A stretch of DNA of 64,000 nucleotides from assembly GCA_963827475.1 (NCBI GenBank), contig CAWHAZ010000001.1, forward strand, positions 1-64,000, given 5' to 3'. Position numbers and translations under genes: made by a program. The stretch comes from an uncultured Chloroflexia bacterium (GTDB lineage: Bacteria; Chloroflexota; Limnocylindria; QHBO01). The notes below the pieces were generated by a model. It did not search any database and was not told the origin of the DNA. It saw nothing but the letters and a program-made list of their open reading frames with translations. The number at the start of each line of letters is the position of its first letter. The stretch's first letter is position 1. Below, piece by piece: positions 29,081 to 39,010 of this stretch.

Positions 29081-30777
29081 GCCAGAGCCCGGAGATCGGC
29101 CTCCACGTCGGCCAGCGGGCGAATGGCGCGCTCGCCGGTCGCCCGATCGGTCACCTCCGCTCCGCCGCCGGCCAGCGAGCGAGTCGAGATGGTGACGATG
29201 GTCGGCATGCCGAGCAGCTCGGCATCGGTCAGCTTCACGCCGGGCGACTCGTCACGGTCGTCGTACAGCACCTCGACCCCGGCATCAGTCAGGCGCTGGT
29301 AGAGGCCCTCGGCCGCGTCGGCCACCGCGGGGTCCTTCATCGCGCCGAGCGCCACCAGGTGCGCCGGGTACGGGGCGACTGCCCGAGGCCAGGCGATTCC
29401 CTTCTCGTCGTGGTGCTCCTCCACGATGCAAGCCACCGCTCGGCCCAGGCCGATCCCGTAGCTGCCCATCACCACCAGGCGCCGGCTGCCGTCCTCCGCG
29501 AGGTAGGTCGCGCCCAGGGCCTCGGTGAAGTCGGTTCCGAGCTTGAAGATGTTGCCGACCTCGATCCCGTGGCGCAGGACGACCGGCGTCCCGCATCGGG
29601 GGCAGGGGTCGCCGTCGCGGGCGTTGCGGATGTCCACGACCAGGTCCGCGCTGAAGTCCCGCGGGTGGTTGACGTTCCGCAGGTGGTACCCGTGTCGATT
29701 CGCGCCCGCCACCAGGTTCGGGGATCGGGCAGCGAGGTCGTCGAGCACGACCACCGTGTCGTGCGCGCCGATCGGGGACCCGTAGCCGGGCTCCATCCCG
29801 GCCGCCTTGATCTCGTCGGCGTGCGCGGTCCGCAGCCCGCCGACGGCCTGCACCGCGTTCGCCAGCTTGGTCTCGTTGACCTCGAAGTCGCCCCGCACGA
29901 TGGCCGTGACCAGGCGCCCATCGGTGGTCGTGAAGAACGTGGCCTTCGCCGTCCGCTCGGTGCCGATCCCCAGCTGGGCGGCCAGCGACGCGATCGTGTC
30001 CGTGCCCGGCGTAGCGACCTCCTCGTTCGGCAACGGCTCCTCGGGGGCTGGATCCGGCTGCGCCACCACCGCGATCTGCAGGTTGGCCGCGTACCCGCAG
30101 CTGCCGCACAGGACGAGGGTGTCCTCGCCGTGGTCGTTGAGGACCATGAACTCGTCCGCTCCGGTGCCGCCCATGATCCCGACGTCGGCCCCCACCACGA
30201 CCGTCTCCAGCCCGAGCCGGTCGAAGATCCGCGTGTAGGCGCCGCGATGGAGCTCGTAGCCATGGTCGAGCCCCTCGTCGTCCGCGTCGAGGGTGTAGCT
30301 GTCCTTCATGACGAACTCGCGGACGCGGATCAGGCCGCCCCGCGAGCGCGGCTCGTCGCGGAACTTGGTCTGGAAGTGGTAGACGATGGCGGGCAGCTGC
30401 CGGTAGGACTTCACGAAGTCGCGGACGAGGTCGGTGACGACCTCCTCGTGGGTCATGGCCAGCACCATGTCGCGCCCACCGCGGTCCTTGAACCGGAGCA
30501 GCTCCGGGCCGATCTTCGCGTAGCGCCCGCTCTCCTTCCACAGGTCGGCGGGCTGGACGACGGGCATCTCCATCTCCTGCCCGCCGATCGCGTTCATCTC
30601 CTCCCGGATGACCTGCTCGACCTTCTTGCTGACCGCGAACCCAAGCGGCAGGAGGCTGTAGATCCCCGATCCGAGCTGTCGGACGTAGCCGGCGCGGACC
30701 AGCAGCCGGTGCGAGACCATCTCGGCATCGGCGGGGTCCTCGCGCAGGGTCGTGAAGAAGAGGCGGGACAGGCGCAT
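29077..30777 (-). CDS. proS: Prolyl-tRNA synthetase (with INS editing domain)
   Basis: MTHEE, KFRDEPRSRGGLIRVREF, GIEVGNIFKLG, MGSYGIG. Confidence 0.97.
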   Translation of the reverse strand: MRLSRLFFTTLREDPADAEMVSHRLLVRAGYVRQLGSGIYSLLPLGFAVSKKVEQVIREEMNAIGGQEMEMPVVQPADLWKESGRYAKIGPELLRFKDRGGRDMVLAMTHEEVVTDLVRDFVKSYRQLPAIVYHFQTKFRDEPRSRGGLIRVREFVMKDSYTLDADDEGLDHGYELHRGAYTRIFDRLGLETVVVGADVGIMGGTGADEFMVLNDHGEDTLVLCGSCGYAANLQIAVVAQPDPAPEEPLPNEEVATPGTDTIASLAAQLGIGTERTAKATFFTTTDGRLVTAIVRGDFEVNETKLANAVQAVGGLRTAHADEIKAAGMEPGYGSPIGAHDTVVVLDDLAARSPNLVAGANRHGYHLRNVNHPRDFSADLVVDIRNARDGDPCPRCGTPVVLRHGIEVGNIFKLGTDFTEALGATYLAEDGSRRLVVMGSYGIGLGRAVACIVEEHHDEKGIAWPRAVAPYPAHLVALGAMKDPAVADAAEGLYQRLTDAGVEVLYDDRDESPGVKLTDAELLGMPTIVTISTRSLAGGGAEVTDRATGERAIRPLADVEADLRALA

Positions 30778-30802
30778 TGGCCGCCTAGGATACCGATGCG
30801 CC

Positions 30803-32095
30803 CTACGCCGCCGGCGCCGTCTCGTGGCCGGGCATGTGATGTTCGGTGGCGCGCAGCTGGCCGAGCGGGATGAGCGCCACGATCAGCAAGCCGGCGCTGG
30901 CGATCAGCAGGCCGTCGATCCCGCGCCATTCGGCGGCCACCCCGGCGACCACCGCGCCGATGATCTGGCCGAGAGCGAGGAACACCGAGTAGAGGCCCAT
31001 GATCACGCCTCGCCGACCGGGGAAGCCCTCGCTGACGTCGGAAAGGAACCCGACCGCGGCGGGCGTGGCCCCGGCCAGGACGAACAGGCCGGCGGCGGCG
31101 AGGAGCAGGGTGAAGGCCACGAACGGGGGGGCGCGGCCGATCGAGTGGTTCAGGCCGAAGAGGGCGACGACGAAGACAACGCCGCCGGCCAGCCCGATAC
31201 CAATGATCGTCGTCCGCCGCAGACGGGTGAAGCGGTTCCCCCAGTACAGCAGGCCCGAGAACAGGACCAGCAAGCCGACGCCCAGGACGAGGCTCGCCTG
31301 CCACGCCTCGATGCCCTGCATCAGGCGCTGGTCCGTGAACTCGGTCGACGGTTCCTGGACGAGCTGGAAGATGGCCTGGGTGCCCCACGAGCCGAGCAGG
31401 GCGTTGAGCGCGATCCAGGTCGGGGCCAGCAGCCACACCGCCCGGTTGCGCAGCACGTCGCGGTACCGCCCGAGGTGGAGCAGGGAGGCGGGCACCGTCT
31501 CCTCGCCCGGGGCGGTGGGGATGTGCTCCGGCAGGTCCTCGACCCCGTAGCGGAGGATCAGGAAGGTGATTCCGTACACGACCGCGTTGACGTAGAACGC
31601 TCTCGTGTCCAGGACCGACCACAGGAACCCGGCCACCACCGATCCAACTCCGACCCCACCCAGGGTCGCCACTTCGAAGCGGGCGACCACCTTGCCGCGC
31701 AACGCCTGGCTGCGGGAGGTGACGATAGCGATGTAGCCGAGGGCAGCCGGGACGCTGGCCGCCGCGGCCGCTCCCTCCAGGAACCGCGTGCCGGCCAGGA
31801 GCGGGACGCTGGTGGTCAGTGCGGTGAGGATGACCGCGATCGCGCCCATGATCGGTCCCGGTTGCATGAGCCGGTGCGTTCCGAATCGGTCGGCCAGCAT
31901 GCCGAAGAACGGGGAGAGGATCAGCTCGGCGGCGAAGTACAGCGCTCCCAGCACCCCGGCTGTGAAGGCGGACACCTCGGGTCCGCCGAACTCGGGCAGA
32001 TCGGCCAGGTAGTACAGGAGCAGGGCGCCGGTCAGTCCGGTCGAAAAGCGCAGCGTGAAGTTGCCCAGCAGGACGGCGTTGATCGACCCGGTCAC
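30803..32095 (-). CDS. MFS transporter
   Basis: FGMLADRFG motif A; about 12 TM helices. Confidence 0.9.
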   Translation of the reverse strand: MTGSINAVLLGNFTLRFSTGLTGALLLYYLADLPEFGGPEVSAFTAGVLGALYFAAELILSPFFGMLADRFGTHRLMQPGPIMGAIAVILTALTTSVPLLAGTRFLEGAAAAASVPAALGYIAIVTSRSQALRGKVVARFEVATLGGVGVGSVVAGFLWSVLDTRAFYVNAVVYGITFLILRYGVEDLPEHIPTAPGEETVPASLLHLGRYRDVLRNRAVWLLAPTWIALNALLGSWGTQAIFQLVQEPSTEFTDQRLMQGIEAWQASLVLGVGLLVLFSGLLYWGNRFTRLRRTTIIGIGLAGGVVFVVALFGLNHSIGRAPPFVAFTLLLAAAGLFVLAGATPAAVGFLSDVSEGFPGRRGVIMGLYSVFLALGQIIGAVVAGVAAEWRGIDGLLIASAGLLIVALIPLGQLRATEHHMPGHETAPAA

Positions 32096-32165
32096 GAAGG
32101 GGATGGAGTCTACGGGAGCGGGCGTAGGAGAATGACCCGGCCATTCACCGCAGTCGGAGGTTGCC

Positions 32166-32538
32166 ATGCCCGCGCGCGTCGTCCACTTCGAGCTCCCCGC
32201 CGACGATCCGGATCGCGGCGGCGAAGTTCTACGCCGATGCCTTCGGCTGGAAAGTCGAGAAGTGGGGTGGCCCGACCGACTACTGGCTGGTGACCACCGG
32301 CGAGGCGCCCGAGCCGGGGATCGACGGCGGCATCGGCCGCCGGCAGGATGCCGACGACCAGATCACGAACACGATTGACGTGCCTGACCTCGATGCCGCG
32401 GTGGCCGCCGTCGAGGCGGCGGGTGGACGGATCACCCGGGCCAGGGCGCCGGTGCCCGGCGCCGGCTGGCTCGCGTACGCGGTTGACACCGAGGGGAACC
32501 CGTTCGGGATGATGCAGGCCGACGAGTCGGCCGCTTAG
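32166..32538 (+). CDS. VOC/glyoxalase family protein (frameshift ~32215)
   Basis: VVHFELPADD / KFYADAFGW...GIDGG...DTEGNPFG. Confidence 0.88.
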
Positions 32539-32573
32539 CGGCAACGCCGCCTAGGGTCGAGCCTGCCTGGCGG

Positions 32574-34583
32574 CTACGCCGCCTCCTCGAGTCGGTCATC
32601 GGTCGGGGGCAGGGGCTCCGGGTCGTGGGGCGCGCGACGGCGCTGGACGACCAGGAACACGCCACCGGCGCCGAGCAGGAGCAGGCCCGCGCCGATCCCC
32701 AGCCGCTCGCGCCCACGATCATCGGCGGCGGCGAGCGTAGCGAGCACCGCATCGGCATGGTCGGAAGCCGTGGCGTGGTCTCCGGCTTCCCAGGCGACGC
32801 GCGCGGCGTCGAGGTCCAGGTCCGGCTCCGAGCCCAGCAGTCCAATCGCCTCCAACGGCTCCGGCTCAGTCGCCAGCCCGCTGGTCGCGTCAGCGATCGT
32901 CTCGAGCGCGAGCAGCTCCCGGTTGGCCTCGGTCAGGGCCTGCTCGAGCCCGTCGGTCCCCTCGAACGCATCGCGCAGCTGGCCCGGCGGATCGAGGTCC
33001 AGCTCCGCGGCCAGCGCCGTCAGGTCGGCCGCGAAGGCGAGGATCCGGTCGGCGGTGTCCAGGTCGGCCATCACGTCGTCGAACTGCCAGCTGCCCAGGT
33101 CGTAGCGGATCCCCTCGGGCAGCTCCCACTCACCGGCGGCGGCCACGACCTCCAGGTAGCGGGCGCGCGCGTCCGCGCGCTCGGTGAGCAGCTCGTTCTG
33201 CTCCGTATCGACGACCCACGTCGTCCACAGGTCGGCGAACTCGGTCCCGGCTCGCTCTTCGAGCAGATCCAGCAGCCGCTGCCAGCCGTCGAGGCTGAAC
33301 GCGACGCCGGTCCGTGGCTCCTCCGAGCTGTGGGACGGCTGGTACGCCATCTCCCCGTTCGCCACCCCGCGCCACACGGCGCGGAGGTTCTCGAGATCGG
33401 TTCGATCGAAGATCAGGGTGGCCAGGTGGTACGACGCGGCGTAGGCAAAGACCTCGACCGCGTCGTTCTCGGCGCCCACCGGCGCCCAGTCGTTCAGCGG
33501 GATGCGGGCCGCGAGCAGGTCATCGGTCAGCTGGAACGACTCGCCGCTGACCCCGATGGCCTCCGCCGACTGCACGGCGTAGAACTCCGCCCACGCCTCG
33601 CCGATCCATCGCTCGCGGAACAGGTCGTCGTTGAACCAGATGTGCGCGGCTTCGTGGAGGGTCACGGTCGCATCCGCGTCGTAGCGGACGTTGATCTTCT
33701 CGGTGACCTGGTTGTAGATGCCCGCGTAGTCGCCCAGCCGGTTGGCCGACTCCTCCACCCGCAGGACACCGACGACGGGCCACGGGAGACCGATGAGCTC
33801 GTACAGCGCCGGAATGCCGTCGACCAGGAGGTCCTGGGTCCGCTGCCCCCAGTCGGGGTCGTCGTCCCATGCCCGGATGACGACCGCGGCCGCTTCGCCG
33901 CCGATGTCCAGGCTGAACGGGGACTCGGTGTAAATCCCCGGTCGCTCGGCGGTGACATAGGCGAACCAGCTCTGGGCGTCCGCGACCTCCGCCGCCAGCG
34001 TGACCGATCCGTCGGCGTCGGTGGTCGCGGTCAGCGGGCCGCCGAACACCGACGGGGTGAAGTTCGGGGGCAGGAGCGCCGCCACGCTGTTGCCTTGCGC
34101 ATCCGAGGAGCCGAAGGCCCAGACGGGGAAGGCGACCACCGAGTGACCGATGCGGAAGTCACGGTCGGCCGCACCCCCGCGGTCGATCATGTCGAACGTG
34201 ACCTGGTACGCATAGGAGTCGCCGAGGAAGACCTGCTCGGAGAACCCGATGTCGACCTGGACCGAATCGGCGCCCGGGGTGACCGTGAGCTCGAGCGATG
34301 TGCCGTCGGAAGACGACGCGGCCACGTTGCTCGACCCGGGCGGGACGTGGATGCTGAGCCCCGCGTAGTACACCGGCCCCTCGGGGGCGTCGCGTTCGAA
34401 CGAGGTCGAGGTCGCGTCGATAGTGACGTGGACCCGGGCCTGGTCCGGCCGGACGTCGTAGGTGGCGTCCATGACCGTGATCAGGCCGCCGCCGGCTCGT
34501 GCCGTCGAGGGACCGATAGGCGCCAGGGTCGCCGCTGCGACCAGCGCGAGCACGGCGCCGGCCACCAGCCGGGATCGGGACAT
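32574..34583 (-). CDS. Membrane-anchored gluzincin (M1/MA-like) metallopeptidase
   Basis: Signal peptide, LHEAAHIWF...WIGEAWAEF, C-terminal TM followed by RRR. Confidence 0.8.
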   Translation of the reverse strand: MSRSRLVAGAVLALVAAATLAPIGPSTARAGGGLITVMDATYDVRPDQARVHVTIDATSTSFERDAPEGPVYYAGLSIHVPPGSSNVAASSSDGTSLELTVTPGADSVQVDIGFSEQVFLGDSYAYQVTFDMIDRGGAADRDFRIGHSVVAFPVWAFGSSDAQGNSVAALLPPNFTPSVFGGPLTATTDADGSVTLAAEVADAQSWFAYVTAERPGIYTESPFSLDIGGEAAAVVIRAWDDDPDWGQRTQDLLVDGIPALYELIGLPWPVVGVLRVEESANRLGDYAGIYNQVTEKINVRYDADATVTLHEAAHIWFNDDLFRERWIGEAWAEFYAVQSAEAIGVSGESFQLTDDLLAARIPLNDWAPVGAENDAVEVFAYAASYHLATLIFDRTDLENLRAVWRGVANGEMAYQPSHSSEEPRTGVAFSLDGWQRLLDLLEERAGTEFADLWTTWVVDTEQNELLTERADARARYLEVVAAAGEWELPEGIRYDLGSWQFDDVMADLDTADRILAFAADLTALAAELDLDPPGQLRDAFEGTDGLEQALTEANRELLALETIADATSGLATEPEPLEAIGLLGSEPDLDLDAARVAWEAGDHATASDHADAVLATLAAADDRGRERLGIGAGLLLLGAGGVFLVVQRRRAPHDPEPLPPTDDRLEEAA

Positions 34584-34680
34584 CGGGTACACCGTAGCCT
34601 GCACCGTGCGCGGGCGCGAATGGCCGCCTGGCGCCACCCCTAGGTGCGGATGCGCGGGATTCGGTTGGGCGGTATCGCGA

Positions 34681-35022
34681 TCAGGCGGATGCCGCCAGGG
34701 TGTCGAGCCCGAAGGCCGATTCGAGGGCCGCCATCGGACGGAAGCCGACCGCGGCGCGCGGCGGCTGGCCCTTCTGGAAGTAGGCCACGGTCGGGATGCT
34801 CATGATCCCGAAGTGCGCGGCCGTATGCGGGTTCGCGTCGACGTCGAGCTTGTACACCTCGACCTGGCCCGCGTACTTCTCGGCGATCTTGTCGATCTCC
34901 GGGGCGACGAGGCGACAGGGACCACACCAGGCGGCCCAGAAGTCGACGATGACCGGCTTCTCGGCGTTGGTCACCAGCTGCTCGAAGGTGGCATCGGTGA
35001 CCTCGGGGACGTTGGAGGACAT
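34681..35022 (-). CDS. trxA: Thioredoxin
   Basis: DFWAAWCGPC, GIMSIPT. Confidence 0.95.
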   Translation of the reverse strand: MSSNVPEVTDATFEQLVTNAEKPVIVDFWAAWCGPCRLVAPEIDKIAEKYAGQVEVYKLDVDANPHTAAHFGIMSIPTVAYFQKGQPPRAAVGFRPMAALESAFGLDTLAASA

Positions 35023-35063
35023 TGGTGGTCGGGTTCCTTTCGTGGTCTCGGGGGACGAGCGCT

Positions 35064-35378
35064 TCAGCCCGCGACCCGGTCGCCCGCGACGCGCTGGAGC
35101 GCGCCAACGAGGTCCAGGACGCTGCGGTCGGCAATGCGGTACAGGACGGTGCTGCCCTGGCGTCGGCTGGCCACGATGCCGGCGGCGCGCAGGACCGCGA
35201 GGTGCTGGCTCATGTTCGGGACCTGGCACCCGACGTTGCGGGACAGGTCGCCGACCGATCGCTCGCCACCGTCGGCGAGGTTCTCGAGGACGCAGAGCCG
35301 CTTCGGGTCGGCCAGGGCGCGGGCGACGGCCGCGGAACGGTCGCGCTGGGCCTCGGTTGGGGATGCGGCAAGTGCCAT
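35064..35378 (-). CDS. ArsR/SmtB-family regulator
   Basis: ALADPKRL...SVGDL...MSQHLAVLRAAG. Confidence 0.92.
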   Translation of the reverse strand: MALAASPTEAQRDRSAAVARALADPKRLCVLENLADGGERSVGDLSRNVGCQVPNMSQHLAVLRAAGIVASRRQGSTVLYRIADRSVLDLVGALQRVAGDRVAG

Positions 35379-35397
35379 CACGAACGTGATCGTATCA

Positions 35398-35421
35398 GTA
35401 GTTGCGCAAGTGCGCAAGTAC
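35398..35421. promoter_or_regulatory. Palindromic operator upstream of arsR-trxA
   Basis: GTAGTTGCGCA-AG-TGCGCAAGTAC adjacent to the TACGAT -10 of the arsR gene. Confidence 0.7.
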
Positions 35422-35477
35422 TGTGCGCGTGAAATTGCGACGGGCTAGATGTCGCGAACCACGCTCAGGCTGCGGGC

Positions 35478-35633
35478 ATGACTGTTCACCTGATCTGCCC
35501 CTGGTGCGCCGACGAGGTTGCGTTCGAGGTCGAGGCGAACTCCGACGAGCTGCTGTGCAGCGCGTGCGGGACGAGCTTCGACTTCGCGCCCGACCCGGCG
35601 GTGACCTACGCCCTGCTGTACGAGGCGGCCTGA
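35478..35633 (+). CDS. 51-aa zinc-finger microprotein (absent from the ORF track)
   Basis: MTVHLICPWCADEVAFEVEANSDELLCSACGTSFDFAPDPAVTYALLYEAA; high GC3; CAGGCT -10 6 nt before ATG. Confidence 0.75.
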   Translation: MTVHLICPWCADEVAFEVEANSDELLCSACGTSFDFAPDPAVTYALLYEAA

Positions 35634-35649
35634 GCCCTTCGGCGTGCGC

Positions 35650-36159
35650 CTAGGCGCGTGGCGCCTCGGTGATCTCGATCCGCTCGATGCGGTCGCCCGG
35701 GTTCGGGTCGCGCGACGGGTCGCGTTCGCGGATGGCGCGGACGACGTCCATGCCGTCGGTCACGCGGCCGAAGACCGTGTGCTTGCCGTCGAGATGGGGC
35801 GTCGGGCCAAACGTGATGAAGAACTGGCTCCCGTTCGTGTTCGCCCCGGCGTTGGCCATCGACAGGACACCGGCCCCGTCGTGGCGGCGCGACGAGCTGA
35901 ATTCGTCGCGGAACTGGTAGCCGGGGCCGCCGCTCCCGCTCCCGGTCGGATCCCCGCCCTGCGCCATGAATCCGGGGATGACCCGGTGGAACGTCGTGCC
36001 GTCATAGAAGCCAGCTCGTGCCAGGTTGACGAAATTCTCGACCGTCAGCGGGGCATCGGCCGCGAACAGCTCCACGTCGAACGCCCCTCGCTCGGTGGTG
36101 ATCCGCGCGGCATAGGTCTTGGACAGGTCGAGATCGCCGGACGGCGGTTGGTTGGCCAT
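35650..36159 (-). CDS. Cyclophilin-type peptidyl-prolyl isomerase
   Basis: FHRVIPGFMAQGGD, LSMANAG, GSQFFI, HTVFG. Confidence 0.96.
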   Translation of the reverse strand: MANQPPSGDLDLSKTYAARITTERGAFDVELFAADAPLTVENFVNLARAGFYDGTTFHRVIPGFMAQGGDPTGSGSGGPGYQFRDEFSSSRRHDGAGVLSMANAGANTNGSQFFITFGPTPHLDGKHTVFGRVTDGMDVVRAIRERDPSRDPNPGDRIERIEITEAPRA

Positions 36160-36261
36160 GTGGGAGGTCCTCGTCGCGGGCTGGTGGCCCGCGGATGCTA
36201 CTCGACCCCCAGCAGCTCCGCGATCGTGGCGCGGGAAAGGTTGCGTGGCTGCATCACGGGC

Positions 36262-36933
36262 TCAGTGCTGGACATCGACCACGATTCGGCTGGGATCGGT
36301 CAGGACGGTGGCCCGCATGCAGTCGCCGCCATTCAGGCCCACGTACCACGAGTTCACGGCCTCGAAGTCGCCGCGCTCGATGAGATGGACGAGCTGCGGG
36401 AAGCCGGGCTCGAATTCGGTGGGGCCGGTGTAGGTCACGCTGCCGTCATCGGCCAGCTTGGTCGCTCCCTGCAGGGTGATCTGCATGACCGGCGACCCGT
36501 TCACGGTCATCGGATTGCCGCTCCCGTCCTCGGTGAACGGCGGCGACGCCGTCCGCATGTCGAATTCCGGGGTCCCGTCCTCGAGGTACTCGAACGTGAT
36601 CCGGTCATAGCCGTCGTGCGTGCCGACCCTGACGTCGGCGGTATGGACCACCACCCCGCCCGTTGCGGCCAGGGTGACCGGTTCGCCGCAGATCCATGCG
36701 TCCGGCGCCGGGGGGCTGCCCGTCGCCTCGCTGGACTCCCCCGGCTGCGAGGGTGACGCCGACTCGGACGGGGAGGGCTCGACCGAGGGACTGGCCGACG
36801 CGGATGGGCTCGGGGCCTGGCTGGCGAATGGACCGATGCCGGTCTCGATCCCAAAGAGGGGCAGGAGGATCAGCACTGCCACGATCAGCGCGGCCACTGC
36901 AAGGATCGCCACGGCCACTCGGGTCCAGGTCAC
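36262..36933 (-). CDS. AMIN-like domain membrane-anchored protein
   Basis: TM plus Ser/Pro linker; DVRVGTHDGYDRITFE, GDFEA, PSRIVVDV. Confidence 0.82.
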   Translation of the reverse strand: MTWTRVAVAILAVAALIVAVLILLPLFGIETGIGPFASQAPSPSASASPSVEPSPSESASPSQPGESSEATGSPPAPDAWICGEPVTLAATGGVVVHTADVRVGTHDGYDRITFEYLEDGTPEFDMRTASPPFTEDGSGNPMTVNGSPVMQITLQGATKLADDGSVTYTGPTEFEPGFPQLVHLIERGDFEAVNSWYVGLNGGDCMRATVLTDPSRIVVDVQH

Positions 36934-36973
36934 GGTCTGGGATGGTACGCCGACTTCCCGGCACAATGCGCTG

Positions 36974-37942
36974 ATGGCCTTGCCGCGCGCCGCCGCCCCG
37001 CCGACCTGGAAGGTCGCCGGCGCATTGGGCATCGTCTACATCGTCTGGGGCTCGACCTACCTCGGTATCGCGGTCATGGTCCAGACCCTGCCGCCGCTGG
37101 TGGCGGCCGGCGTCCGGTACTCCGTGGCCGGCCTCATCCTGCTGGCGATCCTGATCGGATGGCACCGCCTGCGCGGCCAGCGGCTCGAGCGACCCAGCCT
37201 GCTCCACTGGCGATCGGTGGTCATCATCGGCGCCCTGCTCCTGGTGGGTGGCAACGGTGGGGTCGTGCTCGGCGAGGTGCTCATTCCGTCGGGGATCGCC
37301 GCGCTCATCATTGCCACCTCCCCGATCTGGATGATGATCTTCGAGGCCCTGGTCGTGCGCGAGCGGCCGAGCCGGCTGTCGGTGCTGGGGCTGGTGGCCG
37401 GCACGATCGGGGTGGCGATCCTGGTCGTTCCGCTCGAGGGGAGCGAGCCCATCAACCCCGTGGGCATCGCCCTCGTGGCCGGAGCGGCCATCACCTGGTC
37501 GATCGGTTCGGTCTACGCACGGCGCGCCCCGCTGCCGAAGTCGCCGTTCCAGGAAGCGGGCCTCCAGATGCTCGCCGGCGGCGCGATCATGCTGGCCGTG
37601 GGCGTCCTCCGGGGCGAGCTGGCATCCGTCGACCCGAGCTCGTTCTCGACCGCATCGGTCCTTGCCGTGCTGTACCTGATCATCTTTGGGTCACTGGTTG
37701 CCTTCACCGCCTACATCTGGCTCCTCAACAACATCGCCATCGGGGTGGTGTCGACGTCGGCCTACGTGAATCCCATCGTGGCGGTGGCGCTCGGGGTCGT
37801 GATCCTTGGCGAGGCGCTGACTCCGCGGACCCTGCTGGCCGCGGTGATCATCATCGGGGCGGTCATCGCCCTGGTCAGCGGTCGTCCGCGCACCGCCCCT
37901 GAGCCTGAGCCGATCGTCGAGCCGGAGACCCGACCGGCCTGA
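36974..37942 (+). CDS. EamA/DMT transporter (YedA-like)
   Basis: VYIVWGSTYLGI, GSLVAFTAY, AYVNPIVAV. Confidence 0.93.
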   Translation: MALPRAAAPPTWKVAGALGIVYIVWGSTYLGIAVMVQTLPPLVAAGVRYSVAGLILLAILIGWHRLRGQRLERPSLLHWRSVVIIGALLLVGGNGGVVLGEVLIPSGIAALIIATSPIWMMIFEALVVRERPSRLSVLGLVAGTIGVAILVVPLEGSEPINPVGIALVAGAAITWSIGSVYARRAPLPKSPFQEAGLQMLAGGAIMLAVGVLRGELASVDPSSFSTASVLAVLYLIIFGSLVAFTAYIWLLNNIAIGVVSTSAYVNPIVAVALGVVILGEALTPRTLLAAVIIIGAVIALVSGRPRTAPEPEPIVEPETRPA

Positions 37943-38016
37943 CCCGGTTTGAGCGTCATTCGAGACAGGCGTAGGGTTGGGGCGACCCGTCCGACACCGG
38001 AGGTACGCAAACGCCC

Positions 38017-38562
38017 ATGAAAGCTCGTAAATCCACTGTCGTTTCTCTGCTGGTGACGGTAGCCCTGGCGCTGAGCATGCTCTTCGCCGCCCCTGCCCAG
38101 GCAGCAGGGCCACAGCAGTTCTTCTTCGTTCCCCTGAGCGGCGCGAGCGAGGTCCCGGCCCGCGTAACGCCCGCGCGCGGCTTCGCGCTCTTCTGGCTGA
38201 GTAACGACCAGGAGAGTCTCAGCTACGCGCTCTTCGCCTTCAAGATCGACAATGTCGTGTTCTCGCATATCCATGGGCCGAACGGCCCGGCGGGAGTAAA
38301 CCAGCCAGTCGTGGCATTCCTGCTCCATGACGCTGATGCGCCCGGTCCTGGCAGCGGTCGACATGACGGCCTGCTGGCGAAGGGCACCATCACAGAGGCT
38401 GACCTGATCGGTCCATTGCTCGGAGCGTCAATGGAGACGTTCGTCGACGCACTGCTGGCCGGCACCACCTACGTCAACGTCCACACGAATGACGGAGACA
38501 CAACTCCGAACGAGGGTCCGGGTGACTTCCCGGGTGGGGAGTTGCGCGGGCAGATCGACTGA
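38017..38562 (+). CDS. Secreted CHRD-domain protein
   Basis: LSGASEVP, SHIH, YVNVHT, FPGGELRGQI. Confidence 0.92.
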   Translation: MKARKSTVVSLLVTVALALSMLFAAPAQAAGPQQFFFVPLSGASEVPARVTPARGFALFWLSNDQESLSYALFAFKIDNVVFSHIHGPNGPAGVNQPVVAFLLHDADAPGPGSGRHDGLLAKGTITEADLIGPLLGASMETFVDALLAGTTYVNVHTNDGDTTPNEGPGDFPGGELRGQID

Positions 38563-38583
38563 CCTGACCTCGCAGCCCGTCCC

Positions 38584-38613
38584 GATGAGCCCCGGCCGCG
38601 GCCGGGGCTCATC
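38584..38613. terminator. 30-bp perfect palindrome, probable terminator
   Basis: GATGAGCCCCGGCCG|CGGCCGGGGCTCATC after the CHRD stop. Confidence 0.6.
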
Positions 38614-38655
38614 CCTGCCCGAGGGAATCGCCGCGCGACTATCATCGGTCCCCCC

Positions 38656-39006
38656 ATGAGCACCGATCGGGTGGCCAACGCCCTCCAGTTCGGGGCCGGC
38701 ACCTCCACCGGCCACCAGGACGGCGTGCGCTGGATCGATTACCAGAACATCAGCTGGAACCCGGTCTTCTGCAAGCGGTGCGACATCTGCGTCGACATCT
38801 GCCCCAAGGGCACGCTCGTCCTGCGCGACGACGCCATCCTCGAGGAGGACAACTGCATCCTCTGCGGGCTGTGCGAGCGGTACTGCCCGGATCTCGCCAT
38901 CGAGATGATCCCGGCCGCGATTGCCGCCTACGCGGCGAAGGGGGAGGGCGACGGGGAGGTCGAGGGCGGCGTGGACGCCGTGACCGGACCAGGGGACGAG
39001 GGCTAA
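38656..39006 (+). CDS. 2-oxoacid:ferredoxin oxidoreductase delta subunit (2x4Fe-4S)
   Basis: CKRCDICVDICP and CILCGLCERYCPD. Confidence 0.9.
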   Translation: MSTDRVANALQFGAGTSTGHQDGVRWIDYQNISWNPVFCKRCDICVDICPKGTLVLRDDAILEEDNCILCGLCERYCPDLAIEMIPAAIAAYAAKGEGDGEVEGGVDAVTGPGDEG

Positions 39007-39010
39007 CCCG

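Noticed and set aside
27218-34643. Long antisense ORFs (e.g. 27218..29302 and 32625..34643)
   Set aside because: Shadow frames of high-GC genes with no motifs
36198-36257. 19-codon ORF VMQPRNLSRATIAELLGVE upstream of the cyclophilin
   Set aside because: Too short, with no SD or promoter support; its stop doubles as a TAGCAT -10 box
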